Origin: a virus
Direction: 5' to 3' (one strand)
DNA length: 64,000 bases
Virus genome (UHGV): UHGV-0041117
Part shown: one piece after another, positions 8,173 to 16,133 of the stretch
How positions within the stretch are numbered: the stretch's first letter is position 1
How the letters are laid out: the number at the start of each line of letters is the position of its first letter
Made by a program: the position numbers and the translations under genes
The notes under the pieces: model-generated
What the model was told of the DNA's origin: nothing
The model's input: the letters and a program-made list of their open reading frames with translations, nothing else
Database searches by the model: none

Positions 8173-10254
8173 ATGCCGATATATGCTGTAGACTTCGAGA
8201 CTTTCTGGGACAGCAAAGACTACACGCTGTCCAAGATGGGGCCCATCGAATACATACGCGACAAGAGATTCACGCCCCAGATGATGAGCGTCCAGTGCGT
8301 TGACGACCCCGGGCAGCCGTACGTGTGGGATAATATCAAGGACAGAGCGACTGTCCGTCACGCTTTGGAAATGCTGGAGACGTCGCCTAACGTGTCGTGG
8401 TGTGGCCACAACATGCATGGGTTCGATGCCCTCATTTTCTCCGAGCACTACGGGTTCCACCCGCACAGGATTCTAGATACCATCTGCATGGCTCGGTGGT
8501 GCGGCCTGGCTCGTCTCGGAAGGGAGAGCCACGAGGCGCTGACGGAGATGCTCGGGCACGGGAAGAAGAAGGCTGGCACCGTGGTCAGTAATGGCAAGCG
8601 GTGGCCCGATGACTTCACCCCCGAAGAGCAGGCTTTCTTCAAGCAATACTGCGCCGATGACACGAGCCAATGCGCGGCCAACGCTGCTGCCATGCTGCCG
8701 TACATGACTGACGACGCCCTCCGTTTCATGTCCATTACCGCTCGCATGGCGACCGAGCCCATGTTCGAGTTGGACGAAGAGATGTTGGAGGGGTACATCC
8801 GGGAACTCGACGCCGCCGCCGAGAAGTCCCGGCAGGAGCTGCTCGGCATGTTCCACTTCCCGGACATGACCTCGTTCCTGTCAGCTATCCGCAGCAGTGA
8901 CCGGTTCGCTGTCATGCTCCGGGCCCTGGGGGTCGAGCCCCCCATGAAGGTGAGCGAGGCCAAGACCAAGACCTACTTCGGGAAGCTGCAGGCCCAGGCT
9001 GATGCGGGGAGCGCCGAGGCTGCTCAGGCCCTGGCCAATGCCGAGCCGGTGATGACATACGCATTCAGCAAGACCGACCTCGACTTTCTGGACTTGCTGC
9101 ATAGCGACGACCCCCGTGTGTCGCTGCTTGTCCAGACACGCCTGGAGCACAACAGTTCCATCGCCCGCAGCCGGGCTGTTACGCTGCTCAAGTTCGCCCG
9201 GGACAAGCGCCCTGTGCCGGTCATGCTCTCTACGTGGAAGGCGGCTACGGGACGGTACTCCGCTGGTGTCAGCGAGGGAGCTTCTGACGCGCTCCAGTTC
9301 CAGAATCTCAGTAAGCGCGACCCATCCAAGCTGACGTTGCGGCGCGCTATCAAGGCCCCGAAGGGGCGCTGCATCGTGGCTGTAGACTCTTCCCAGGTAG
9401 AAGCCCGGTGCCTGGCGTTCGTGGCCAAGGAGATGCTCCTTGTCCAGCAGTTCGCTCAGGGACGGGACCCGTACGCCGAGCTGGCTGAGGTGGTCTTCGG
9501 AGTGCCGGCCAAGGACATCCACGACGGGGCCAAGGCCCATGACCCGAAGATGAAGATGTATCGTAATGTGGGGAAGAAGGCCATCCTGTCCGCAGGGTAC
9601 GGTGTCGGGGCCCGCAAGTTCTCCGACACGCTGCTGCGTGACGGCGTGCGTATGTCGGATGACCTCGACAAGCACAGGGAGATGGCGTTCAATGCCCACG
9701 CTGTGTACCGTGCACAGAACCCGAACATCGTGGCCCTCTGGCGCACCTGTGAACGGGTCATCCAGGCGCTGGTCAATGGGGAATCCGGCCAGTTCGGCGG
9801 CCCCAACGACGACCTGTTCTCGTTCGGTGTCATCGGGGTCGGCCCCCGGCAGGACATCCTTGTCCCGTCCGTGTGGTCTAAGAGCGGGTACATCCTGCGC
9901 TATCCCAATCTGCGGTGCGAGTACGACGGTGGGAGCAAGCCGCAGTATTTCTACGACAGGCCCCGAGGGAAGAACCTCGTGAAGACCAAGATTTACGGGG
10001 GGTCCCTCACAGAGAATATCATCCAGAGCTTCGCCTTCGTCGACATCCTCATGTGGCAGGGGTGCCGGATGGATGAGCATGGCGTCCCCCTGGCGGCCAA
10101 CATCCATGACTGCTGGGCTGCTGTGCCCCGGATTGAAGAGGCCGAGGCGACTCTCCACACGATGGAATACTGGATGTCTCAGGTCCCGGCGTACGCCGCT
10201 GGGCTTCCCATCGCCTGCGAAGGTGAGATTGGTTACGACTTCACGGTCGTGTAG
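8173..10254 (+). CDS. family A DNA polymerase with N-terminal 3'-5' exonuclease domain
   Basis: Exo motif AVDFETF; Pol motif A VAVDSSQVEARCLA, motif B RNVGKKAILSAGYGVG, motif C ANIHDCWA. Confidence 0.9.
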   Translation: MPIYAVDFETFWDSKDYTLSKMGPIEYIRDKRFTPQMMSVQCVDDPGQPYVWDNIKDRATVRHALEMLETSPNVSWCGHNMHGFDALIFSEHYGFHPHRILDTICMARWCGLARLGRESHEALTEMLGHGKKKAGTVVSNGKRWPDDFTPEEQAFFKQYCADDTSQCAANAAAMLPYMTDDALRFMSITARMATEPMFELDEEMLEGYIRELDAAAEKSRQELLGMFHFPDMTSFLSAIRSSDRFAVMLRALGVEPPMKVSEAKTKTYFGKLQAQADAGSAEAAQALANAEPVMTYAFSKTDLDFLDLLHSDDPRVSLLVQTRLEHNSSIARSRAVTLLKFARDKRPVPVMLSTWKAATGRYSAGVSEGASDALQFQNLSKRDPSKLTLRRAIKAPKGRCIVAVDSSQVEARCLAFVAKEMLLVQQFAQGRDPYAELAEVVFGVPAKDIHDGAKAHDPKMKMYRNVGKKAILSAGYGVGARKFSDTLLRDGVRMSDDLDKHREMAFNAHAVYRAQNPNIVALWRTCERVIQALVNGESGQFGGPNDDLFSFGVIGVGPRQDILVPSVWSKSGYILRYPNLRCEYDGGSKPQYFYDRPRGKNLVKTKIYGGSLTENIIQSFAFVDILMWQGCRMDEHGVPLAANIHDCWAAVPRIEEAEATLHTMEYWMSQVPAYAAGLPIACEGEIGYDFTVV

Positions 10255-10263
10255 GAGGACATC

Positions 10264-10950
10264 ATGCCGTTCGTTTTCTCGCCCAGCAACATGCAGTCGT
10301 TCCGAGACTGCCCGCTCCGGTTCTGGGGACAGAGCATATCCAAAGAAATCAAATGGAAGGCCAGCCAGCAGAAGAGCCGGGGCCAGGTGCTGCATTCCAA
10401 TATCCAGAAATGCCTGCTGCAGGGATGGCAGGACGCCATCTCATGGGACGCACAGGTCGATGTGGATTATGTCCGCAACCGTGTCGCCGAAGTCCGTGCG
10501 GCCATGGCCTCCGGCGCCTCGTGCTACATCGAGCATGAGCTCGTCATCACGAAGCGCGGCGGCAAGACAGGATGGTGGGACGCTGATGCCGTACTGCGGG
10601 CCAGGGCCGACGCTTTTGTCATCCCCCCCGATGCAGCATCCCCGGCCGTCCTCATCGACATCAAGTCCGGGAAGAAGTGGGACTCGGATGATTTCCAGCT
10701 CCGGGTAGAATGCTTCCTTGTCCACCTGCTCTACTCCCGCCCTGTGGTCCGCTACGAATACTGGTATGCGGACATCGGCGAGACCGTGGATGGGCTCATC
10801 GACTTCCGCAATGGGCTCGCTCCGGTGCAAGACATTCTGGACTGTATGCAGACCATGGGCCTTGCCATCAAGAACAATGATTTCACGCCCACCCCGAATA
10901 AGTTCTGCCGGTGGTGCGACTTCAACAATACCCCCAAATGCATGAGGTAG
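10264..10950 (+). CDS. PD-(D/E)XK nuclease, Cas4/RecB-like exonuclease with Cys cluster
   Basis: N-terminal FRDCPLRF Cys, core LIDIKSGKK, C-terminal FCRWCDFNNTPKC; RBS AGGAGG. Confidence 0.75.
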   Translation: MPFVFSPSNMQSFRDCPLRFWGQSISKEIKWKASQQKSRGQVLHSNIQKCLLQGWQDAISWDAQVDVDYVRNRVAEVRAAMASGASCYIEHELVITKRGGKTGWWDADAVLRARADAFVIPPDAASPAVLIDIKSGKKWDSDDFQLRVECFLVHLLYSRPVVRYEYWYADIGETVDGLIDFRNGLAPVQDILDCMQTMGLAIKNNDFTPTPNKFCRWCDFNNTPKCMR

Positions 10951-10953
10951 ACT

Positions 10954-11412
10954 ATGGGACGCGAAAAGTTCAAGCCGCACACTCTGGTGCATGAAAGCTG
11001 GAACATGAATAACAGTGGTGATGTGTACAACGCCATATGTCGCATGGCGCAGACCGGCGGTAATCAAGCGTTGGTCGGCAAGCATATCGGGCTGAACTTC
11101 CCCGGACAGATGGAATGCGTGCTGTTTCTGGAACATAACGGCAGACCTCTGACGTTCAACATCACACCTGTGATGGATGAAACCCGGTACATCATCGACG
11201 GTCTCGGCTACGATATGCGTTGCCCTGATGTCGTGCTCACCGCGTCTGACCGTTACGGGTACGTCACGGCTTACACCATTTATGCCCATGCTGACTACGA
11301 CATCGTCGGGTCCATCACGTTCAACATCGACGACCTGGTCGCCGTGCAGTTCAAAGTCTTTGAAGATAACAAGAAGGATTCCCGTCCCTGGTACAAGAGG
11401 TTGTTCTCGTGA
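10954..11412 (+). CDS. hypothetical protein (152 aa)
   Basis: ORF with ATG 3 nt after upstream stop. Confidence 0.55.
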   Translation: MGREKFKPHTLVHESWNMNNSGDVYNAICRMAQTGGNQALVGKHIGLNFPGQMECVLFLEHNGRPLTFNITPVMDETRYIIDGLGYDMRCPDVVLTASDRYGYVTAYTIYAHADYDIVGSITFNIDDLVAVQFKVFEDNKKDSRPWYKRLFS

Positions 11413-11708
11413 CGCCCGAGGGTAAGGTCAAGGCCAAAGTCAAGAAAGTGCTTACCGAGGCAGGGGTATGGTATGCCATGCCCCTGGGCTCGACCTTCGG
11501 TAAGCGAGGGGTGCCGGACTTCGTGGCTTGCTGCGATGGCCGGTTCCTCTCTATCGAGACCAAGGCGGGTAAGGGTAAGACCACGGCGCTGCAGGAGTAC
11601 GAGATGCAGCGGATACGCAATGCTGGCGGAACAGCCATCGTGGTCGATGACAGCAACGTGGGCGCCCTGGCGGAGTGGCTGGATAGTTGGAGACGAGGCG
11701 ATGGGTAG
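11409..11708 (+). CDS. VRR-NUC domain nuclease
   Basis: GTG start; GVPDFVACCDGRFLSIETKAGKGKTTALQEYEM matches VRR-NUC PD-(D/E)XK signature. Confidence 0.8.
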   Translation: MTPEGKVKAKVKKVLTEAGVWYAMPLGSTFGKRGVPDFVACCDGRFLSIETKAGKGKTTALQEYEMQRIRNAGGTAIVVDDSNVGALAEWLDSWRRGDG

Positions 11709-12318
11709 AGCAGCAGACATATCTCGGGAGTTGGGTAAGACAGTAGCGGACATGGCCCGGGAGCATGGGCTGGAGCCAGACATAGTTCATAGCCGGCTGC
11801 GCCTTGGGTGGACGCTGGACAAAGCATTACGGACCCCAGTACGGGAGCGCATCCGGGCGGTAGATGCTGATGGAAATGTGACGACGTATGCTCGCCTCGC
11901 TGTAGAGTGCGGCATGAGTCTGAGCACTTTGCGTAATCGTTTGAATAATGGCTGGTCATTGGAGGACGCTCTCAGCATCCCGCGCCGCAAACACACGTCG
12001 GATTACGACGCGAAGTATGGCCTCCCTATCTCCAAATGGTTGGCAGAATCAGGCGTGACTCTGTCGCAATTTCGCAGCCGCATCGGTCATGGGTGGAGCC
12101 CGGAACGGGCGGCTCGTGAGCCTCTCAGCCTTGCGACTGTGCTGACGCAGTACGTGAAGGAACCAGATGCCACCAGGGTCCGAGACCTATGCGTAGAGCA
12201 TGATGTGCCGTTAGATGTCTGTGTCTACCGTTTGCGCGCAGGGTGGGAAATAGACAAGGCGTGCACTGTCCCGGTGCAACGTAAGAAGCGCCGGGCCAAG
12301 ACCGCTGAGGAGGATTAG
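11701..12318 (+). CDS. putative DNA-binding protein with four tandem ~45-aa repeats (RLxxGW[ST]x[ED][KR]A motif)
   Basis: ATG 11701 overlaps VRR-NUC stop; repeats HSRLRLGWTLDKAL / RNRLNNGWSLEDAL / RSRIGHGWSPERAA / VYRLRAGWEIDKAC. Confidence 0.55.
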   Translation: MGRAADISRELGKTVADMAREHGLEPDIVHSRLRLGWTLDKALRTPVRERIRAVDADGNVTTYARLAVECGMSLSTLRNRLNNGWSLEDALSIPRRKHTSDYDAKYGLPISKWLAESGVTLSQFRSRIGHGWSPERAAREPLSLATVLTQYVKEPDATRVRDLCVEHDVPLDVCVYRLRAGWEIDKACTVPVQRKKRRAKTAEED

Positions 12319-13947
12319 ATGTTCCAGGTAGGGGATACCATCGTCGTCTTTGACGAGGCCGGGCAGATGGTCGCCAATATCAAAGACCCTGTGGCCCAGA
12401 AGGCGGCCACGTCTTGGCCGGGGGCGGAGTCGATGCCGACCTCAGACGGCATCCTCGTGCAGTTCCCCTGGACTGAGGAGGCTTGCCGGTTCCTATGCAA
12501 TATCGGGATAGATGCCACGACAGCCTCCCCGCTCATGTACGCCGCAGACATCCCGCTGGTAGAGGGGCGTTTCCGCCCCCTGCAGCACCAGCTTATGACA
12601 GCCGCGTTCCTGACGCTCTACCCCAGGTGCTATGTCCTGTCGGAGCCGCGCCTCGGCAAGACCGGCAGCCTCATCCTGGGCATGGACTACATGCAGCGAC
12701 ATCGCATCCTGACTGGCGGGGTGCTCATCCTGACCACGTTCACCACATTGTACGGCGTATGGGAGACCGCTATCAGGGAGACTATCCCCAAGGCGCTGGT
12801 CCGCGTGGTCCATGGCCCGAGCCGGGCCAGCGCGCTGCAGGAGCCAGCCGATTTCTACGTGTCCAACTACGAGTCTGTGCGCCTGGACGAACTGGCCTTC
12901 CGCAAGGCTGTGACGGAGGGCCGTATCGGCGCCGTGGTCATCGACGAGCTGACGCATGTAGGGAACCCGGACGCCAAGCGGAGCAAGGCTATCTGGAATC
13001 TGTGCAACAAGACCGGGGTGTCTCGGGTGGTCGGTGTCACAGGCTCGCCTGCTGACGACCCCATCGCTGTGTACGGCATGGCCAGGGTAGTCAATCCGGG
13101 GAAGCTGCCGTGTGCTACGAAGGGTGGATGGAAAGACCTCGTGACGTATCAGTGGGGCACGGAGCGCTGGCAGCGCGATGTCCGGGCCTGTGCCGGGGAC
13201 ATCATCCACAAAGTCATGCAGCCGGCCATCCGTTTCCGCAAGGCCGACGTGCTCGACCTCCCGCCGGTGACAGAACAGATTCGCACCTGCACACTCACGG
13301 CGGCCCAGCGGCGCCTGTGCGATGAGCTGCGGCAAGAGGCCCTCACCATCCTGGATTCGGGGGAAGTCATCACAGCGGCCAATGGTGGCGTGCTGCTGCA
13401 ACGCCTGATGCAGGTCTTCCTCGGGGCCATCAAGGGGCCAGACGGGAGCCCGGTCTTCATCGACCATGCCCCCCGGACGCAGGTCCTGCTGGAGGCCATA
13501 GAGGAGACACCACGCAAGACGGTCGTGTTTTGCTCCTACCTCGCCGGTATCCGTATGCTGCGGAAGGAGATAGCCGAGGCCGGTTACACGGTGGAGCATA
13601 TCGACGGCAGTGTGACGGGGCAGGAGCGGGCGCGTATCCTCCATGATTTCCAGCACACGCCAGCGCCGCATATCCTCGTGTGCCATCCTACGACGGTCGG
13701 TTTCGGTACGGAATTGTCTGCTGCGGATACGATGATTTTCGCGAACCCGCTGCTACTCGGGGGGTTCACATACAACCAGGCGCTCGAACGTCTGAGCTCA
13801 GTCAAGCAGACTGCCAGCAATATCAACATCATCCACATCATCGGGAGCCCCGAGGAGCGCAAGGCGTTGCGGCACCTGCAGAAAGGGCACGTCATGGCCC
13901 AGACCATCGCCGGGCTGTTCGAGGATTTTGCACGGCATCGGGATTGA
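12319..13947 (+). CDS. SF2 DNA helicase (SNF2/DEAD-like)
   Basis: Motif I SEPRLGKTGS, motif II VVIDELTHV (DExH), C-terminal helicase domain with HDFQ and TVGFGTELSAAD; paired with VRR-NUC. Confidence 0.85.
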   Translation: MFQVGDTIVVFDEAGQMVANIKDPVAQKAATSWPGAESMPTSDGILVQFPWTEEACRFLCNIGIDATTASPLMYAADIPLVEGRFRPLQHQLMTAAFLTLYPRCYVLSEPRLGKTGSLILGMDYMQRHRILTGGVLILTTFTTLYGVWETAIRETIPKALVRVVHGPSRASALQEPADFYVSNYESVRLDELAFRKAVTEGRIGAVVIDELTHVGNPDAKRSKAIWNLCNKTGVSRVVGVTGSPADDPIAVYGMARVVNPGKLPCATKGGWKDLVTYQWGTERWQRDVRACAGDIIHKVMQPAIRFRKADVLDLPPVTEQIRTCTLTAAQRRLCDELRQEALTILDSGEVITAANGGVLLQRLMQVFLGAIKGPDGSPVFIDHAPRTQVLLEAIEETPRKTVVFCSYLAGIRMLRKEIAEAGYTVEHIDGSVTGQERARILHDFQHTPAPHILVCHPTTVGFGTELSAADTMIFANPLLLGGFTYNQALERLSSVKQTASNINIIHIIGSPEERKALRHLQKGHVMAQTIAGLFEDFARHRD

Positions 13948-13975
13948 CACAAGTGGGGGATTTCGATTAACTATG
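13944..13975 (+). promoter_or_regulatory. promoter candidate (TTGACA ... TTAACT) overlapping CAAGTGGGGG motif
   Basis: ATTGACACAAGTGGGGGATTTCGATTAACT upstream of gene 13997. Confidence 0.3.
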
Positions 13976-13996
13976 ATTAACCAAGGAGCAAGCACA

Positions 13997-14386
13997 ATGT
14001 CCGACGATAATTCCACGTTGTCGCAGGAGCTGATGGCGCAGCTCGAACGAGACCTTCCCCCCTTCTTTCTCAGGACCGACGTTGGGAAGTTGACTTGGGG
14101 CATCATTACCCCGAGGGCTATGGAAGCGCACGCGGCCCATGGGACTGGCCCGGCTATCCACCGGGCCGGGCGCCGGGTCGCATACCGGAAGAATGAATTT
14201 CTCGCCTGGATGCGAGACTACTACGGAGGGATGTATGTCACAGAGTCCTTTAGCAAGTTTGGCCGCCGAGTACGCGTCGGTGCGGCGGGAACGCAAGATA
14301 CTGCAGGAACAGATGGATGCGCTGGAGGCCCGGGAGACGGAGCTGCAGCGCAGCATCCTGATTACGATGGCGTCGGCGGGCACTAG
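13997..14386 (+). CDS. putative AlpA/excisionase-like HTH DNA-binding protein (3' end uncertain)
   Basis: RBS AAGGAG then ATG 13997; GRRVAYRKNEFLAWM resembles AlpA/Xis HTH C-terminal pattern; ORF runs ~150 nt into next gene. Confidence 0.4.
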   Translation: MSDDNSTLSQELMAQLERDLPPFFLRTDVGKLTWGIITPRAMEAHAAHGTGPAIHRAGRRVAYRKNEFLAWMRDYYGGMYVTESFSKFGRRVRVGAAGTQDTAGTDGCAGGPGDGAAAQHPDYDGVGGH

Positions 14387-14681
14387 TTCTACCCGTATCG
14401 ACGGGGTCGGACGCCTTGTGGTCAAGACCAAGACCCGGTACGAGATTGCTGACAAGGACAAGCTGGCTCTGGCCCTGCTGCAGGCCATGGTCGAGAATGC
14501 CGAACAGGGTCGGGCCATGAGCGACGGCTTGTTGTTGCAGCAGCGTGTGGCCGCCCGCAACTTCGAGGAGCGGGCAGAAAATCTTGGCGTAGACGAAGCG
14601 GGCATGGACGCCTATGCAGCCGCCGCCGGCCTACGCCGTGTCATTGAACCTTCACTCACTTTCACTAAGGAGACAGCGTAA
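14235..14681 (+). CDS. coiled-coil protein, possibly Sipho_Gp157 / Mu Gam-like
   Basis: RBS GGAGGG, ATG 14235; 148 aa, N-terminal coiled coil then beta-rich segment; sits between HTH protein and putative SSB/SSAP. Confidence 0.4.
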   Translation: MSQSPLASLAAEYASVRRERKILQEQMDALEARETELQRSILITMASAGTSSTRIDGVGRLVVKTKTRYEIADKDKLALALLQAMVENAEQGRAMSDGLLLQQRVAARNFEERAENLGVDEAGMDAYAAAAGLRRVIEPSLTFTKETA

Positions 14682-15922
14682 TGAGCGAGTATCCCATGGT
14701 TGCCGTGGCCAGTTCTTTCCAGCCCCCGGTCGTCCCCCAGAATCTGGAGGCTACGGCCAACTCTCTGATGGAGAGCGCCTTCGACGGATTCGGCAACAGC
14801 CTGCGTATCCTCAAGCCGGGCAAGATGGACTTCGTCGTCGTGGAAGGCGGTCAGGAAGTGCGCATCCCCAACGGTGGCGTCGTCGGTGTGCTGCTGGGCG
14901 TGGCCCCGCATAACTACTGCACGTGGTACGAGCGGCAGTACAACCCCGGCCAGGAGCCTATGCGTCCCGACCTGTGTTGGGTGCAGCATGAGCCCGACTA
15001 CTACCCCGACGCCCTGCCTGAGATGTATCGTCGCAAGGTGAATATCCAGGGCCAGGAGCGGTGGGGGTATCGCATCGCCCGCCGGACGGTTTGGGCCCTG
15101 ATGACGGTGCAGGGCGACCAGATGTATCTGGACCTCAATCGTCCCGTGGTGCTGGACATCACGAGTATGAGCCTGTTCGGAAAGAGCGACACGCAGTCTC
15201 ACAGCTACCGCTGGGCGGGTCTCCGTGGGTTCTGCGACCGGTTCTCTCAGCCTGGTGTCTTCCAGTGCAACCCGGCCATGTTCCCCATCCAGATTGTCAT
15301 TGACCCGCAGTCCAGCGTGTCCGGCGTCGTGCTGTTCCGCCCGCAGATGGCCAATGGGTCCCCCTGCTATCTGGACAGCTCCACGTACACGGCCGTTATC
15401 GAAGCCGCGTCTTCTTCCTCCGTGGCGGAAATGCTCAAGGTCCGCGAGATTCTGACCTATACCCCGACCGGCGCCGCCCCCGTGGCTGCTCCCATGGCGT
15501 CCCCGGCTCCTGCCGCTCCTGTGGCTGCTCCTGCGGCTGCTCCGGTGGCTGCTCCCGTGGCTGCTCCCATGGCCGCTCCTGTGGCTGCGCCTGTGGCGGC
15601 CCCGGCCCCCGCTGCTCCTGTGGCTGCTCCTGTGGCTGCTCCTGCAGCGACTCCGGGGGAACTGTTGGCCCGCGCCGCTGATGTTCTCGGTAAGGCCGCC
15701 GCTGCCCAGCCTGCTGCCCAGCCTGCTGCCCCTGTCGTGCAGCCCGCACCCCAGGTTCCCCAGCAGCCGCAGCCCGTGGCCACTCCTGTCGTGCAGCCTG
15801 CGCCCCAGGTTCCTCAGCAGCCGCAGCCCATGGCCGCTCCTGTCGTGCAGCCTGCGGCAGCCAGCGTGAACGATGAGGCCAAGGCCGCACTCGGGGGTAT
15901 CATGGACGCCCTCGGCGTTTAG
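14681..15922 (+). CDS. putative ssDNA-binding / annealing protein with C-terminal (PAAPVAA)n low-complexity linker
   Basis: TAATG overlap with upstream gene, RBS AAGGAG; 413 aa; function inferred from context and tail architecture only. Confidence 0.55.
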   Translation: MSEYPMVAVASSFQPPVVPQNLEATANSLMESAFDGFGNSLRILKPGKMDFVVVEGGQEVRIPNGGVVGVLLGVAPHNYCTWYERQYNPGQEPMRPDLCWVQHEPDYYPDALPEMYRRKVNIQGQERWGYRIARRTVWALMTVQGDQMYLDLNRPVVLDITSMSLFGKSDTQSHSYRWAGLRGFCDRFSQPGVFQCNPAMFPIQIVIDPQSSVSGVVLFRPQMANGSPCYLDSSTYTAVIEAASSSSVAEMLKVREILTYTPTGAAPVAAPMASPAPAAPVAAPAAAPVAAPVAAPMAAPVAAPVAAPAPAAPVAAPVAAPAATPGELLARAADVLGKAAAAQPAAQPAAPVVQPAPQVPQQPQPVATPVVQPAPQVPQQPQPMAAPVVQPAAASVNDEAKAALGGIMDALGV

Positions 15923-15925
15923 TGG

Positions 15926-15954
15926 TTGACACCGGCTCAAGTACAGAGTAAACA
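15926..15954 (+). promoter_or_regulatory. sigma70-like promoter candidate upstream of primase-helicase
   Basis: GTTGACACC with TTGACA -35, 17-bp spacer, TAAACA. Confidence 0.3.
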
Positions 15955-16133
15955 ATGCCTACGCGGGGAGACGAACCCGCGTAGGCTCGCAACCGAACAG
16001 CGGTACTTTTACGCGGTGGCGGATGCTGATAGAACGGGGGTTCTCTGGATGTGCCTCCCCCGTTTAATGGACTCGTCACCCGCCAGCCTCTGCCACCCCG
16101 TAAAAGTATCGCAGAGCATTAAAAGGCCCATCC

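Noticed and set aside
15470-15870. Possible CRISPR-like or tandem DNA repeats (also at 40500-40680)
   Set aside because: The repeats are in-frame coding repeats giving PAAPVAAP/PQVPQQPQP and PQPTPQPIPQP peptides. There are no spacer-like unique segments and no cas genes, so this is not a CRISPR array.
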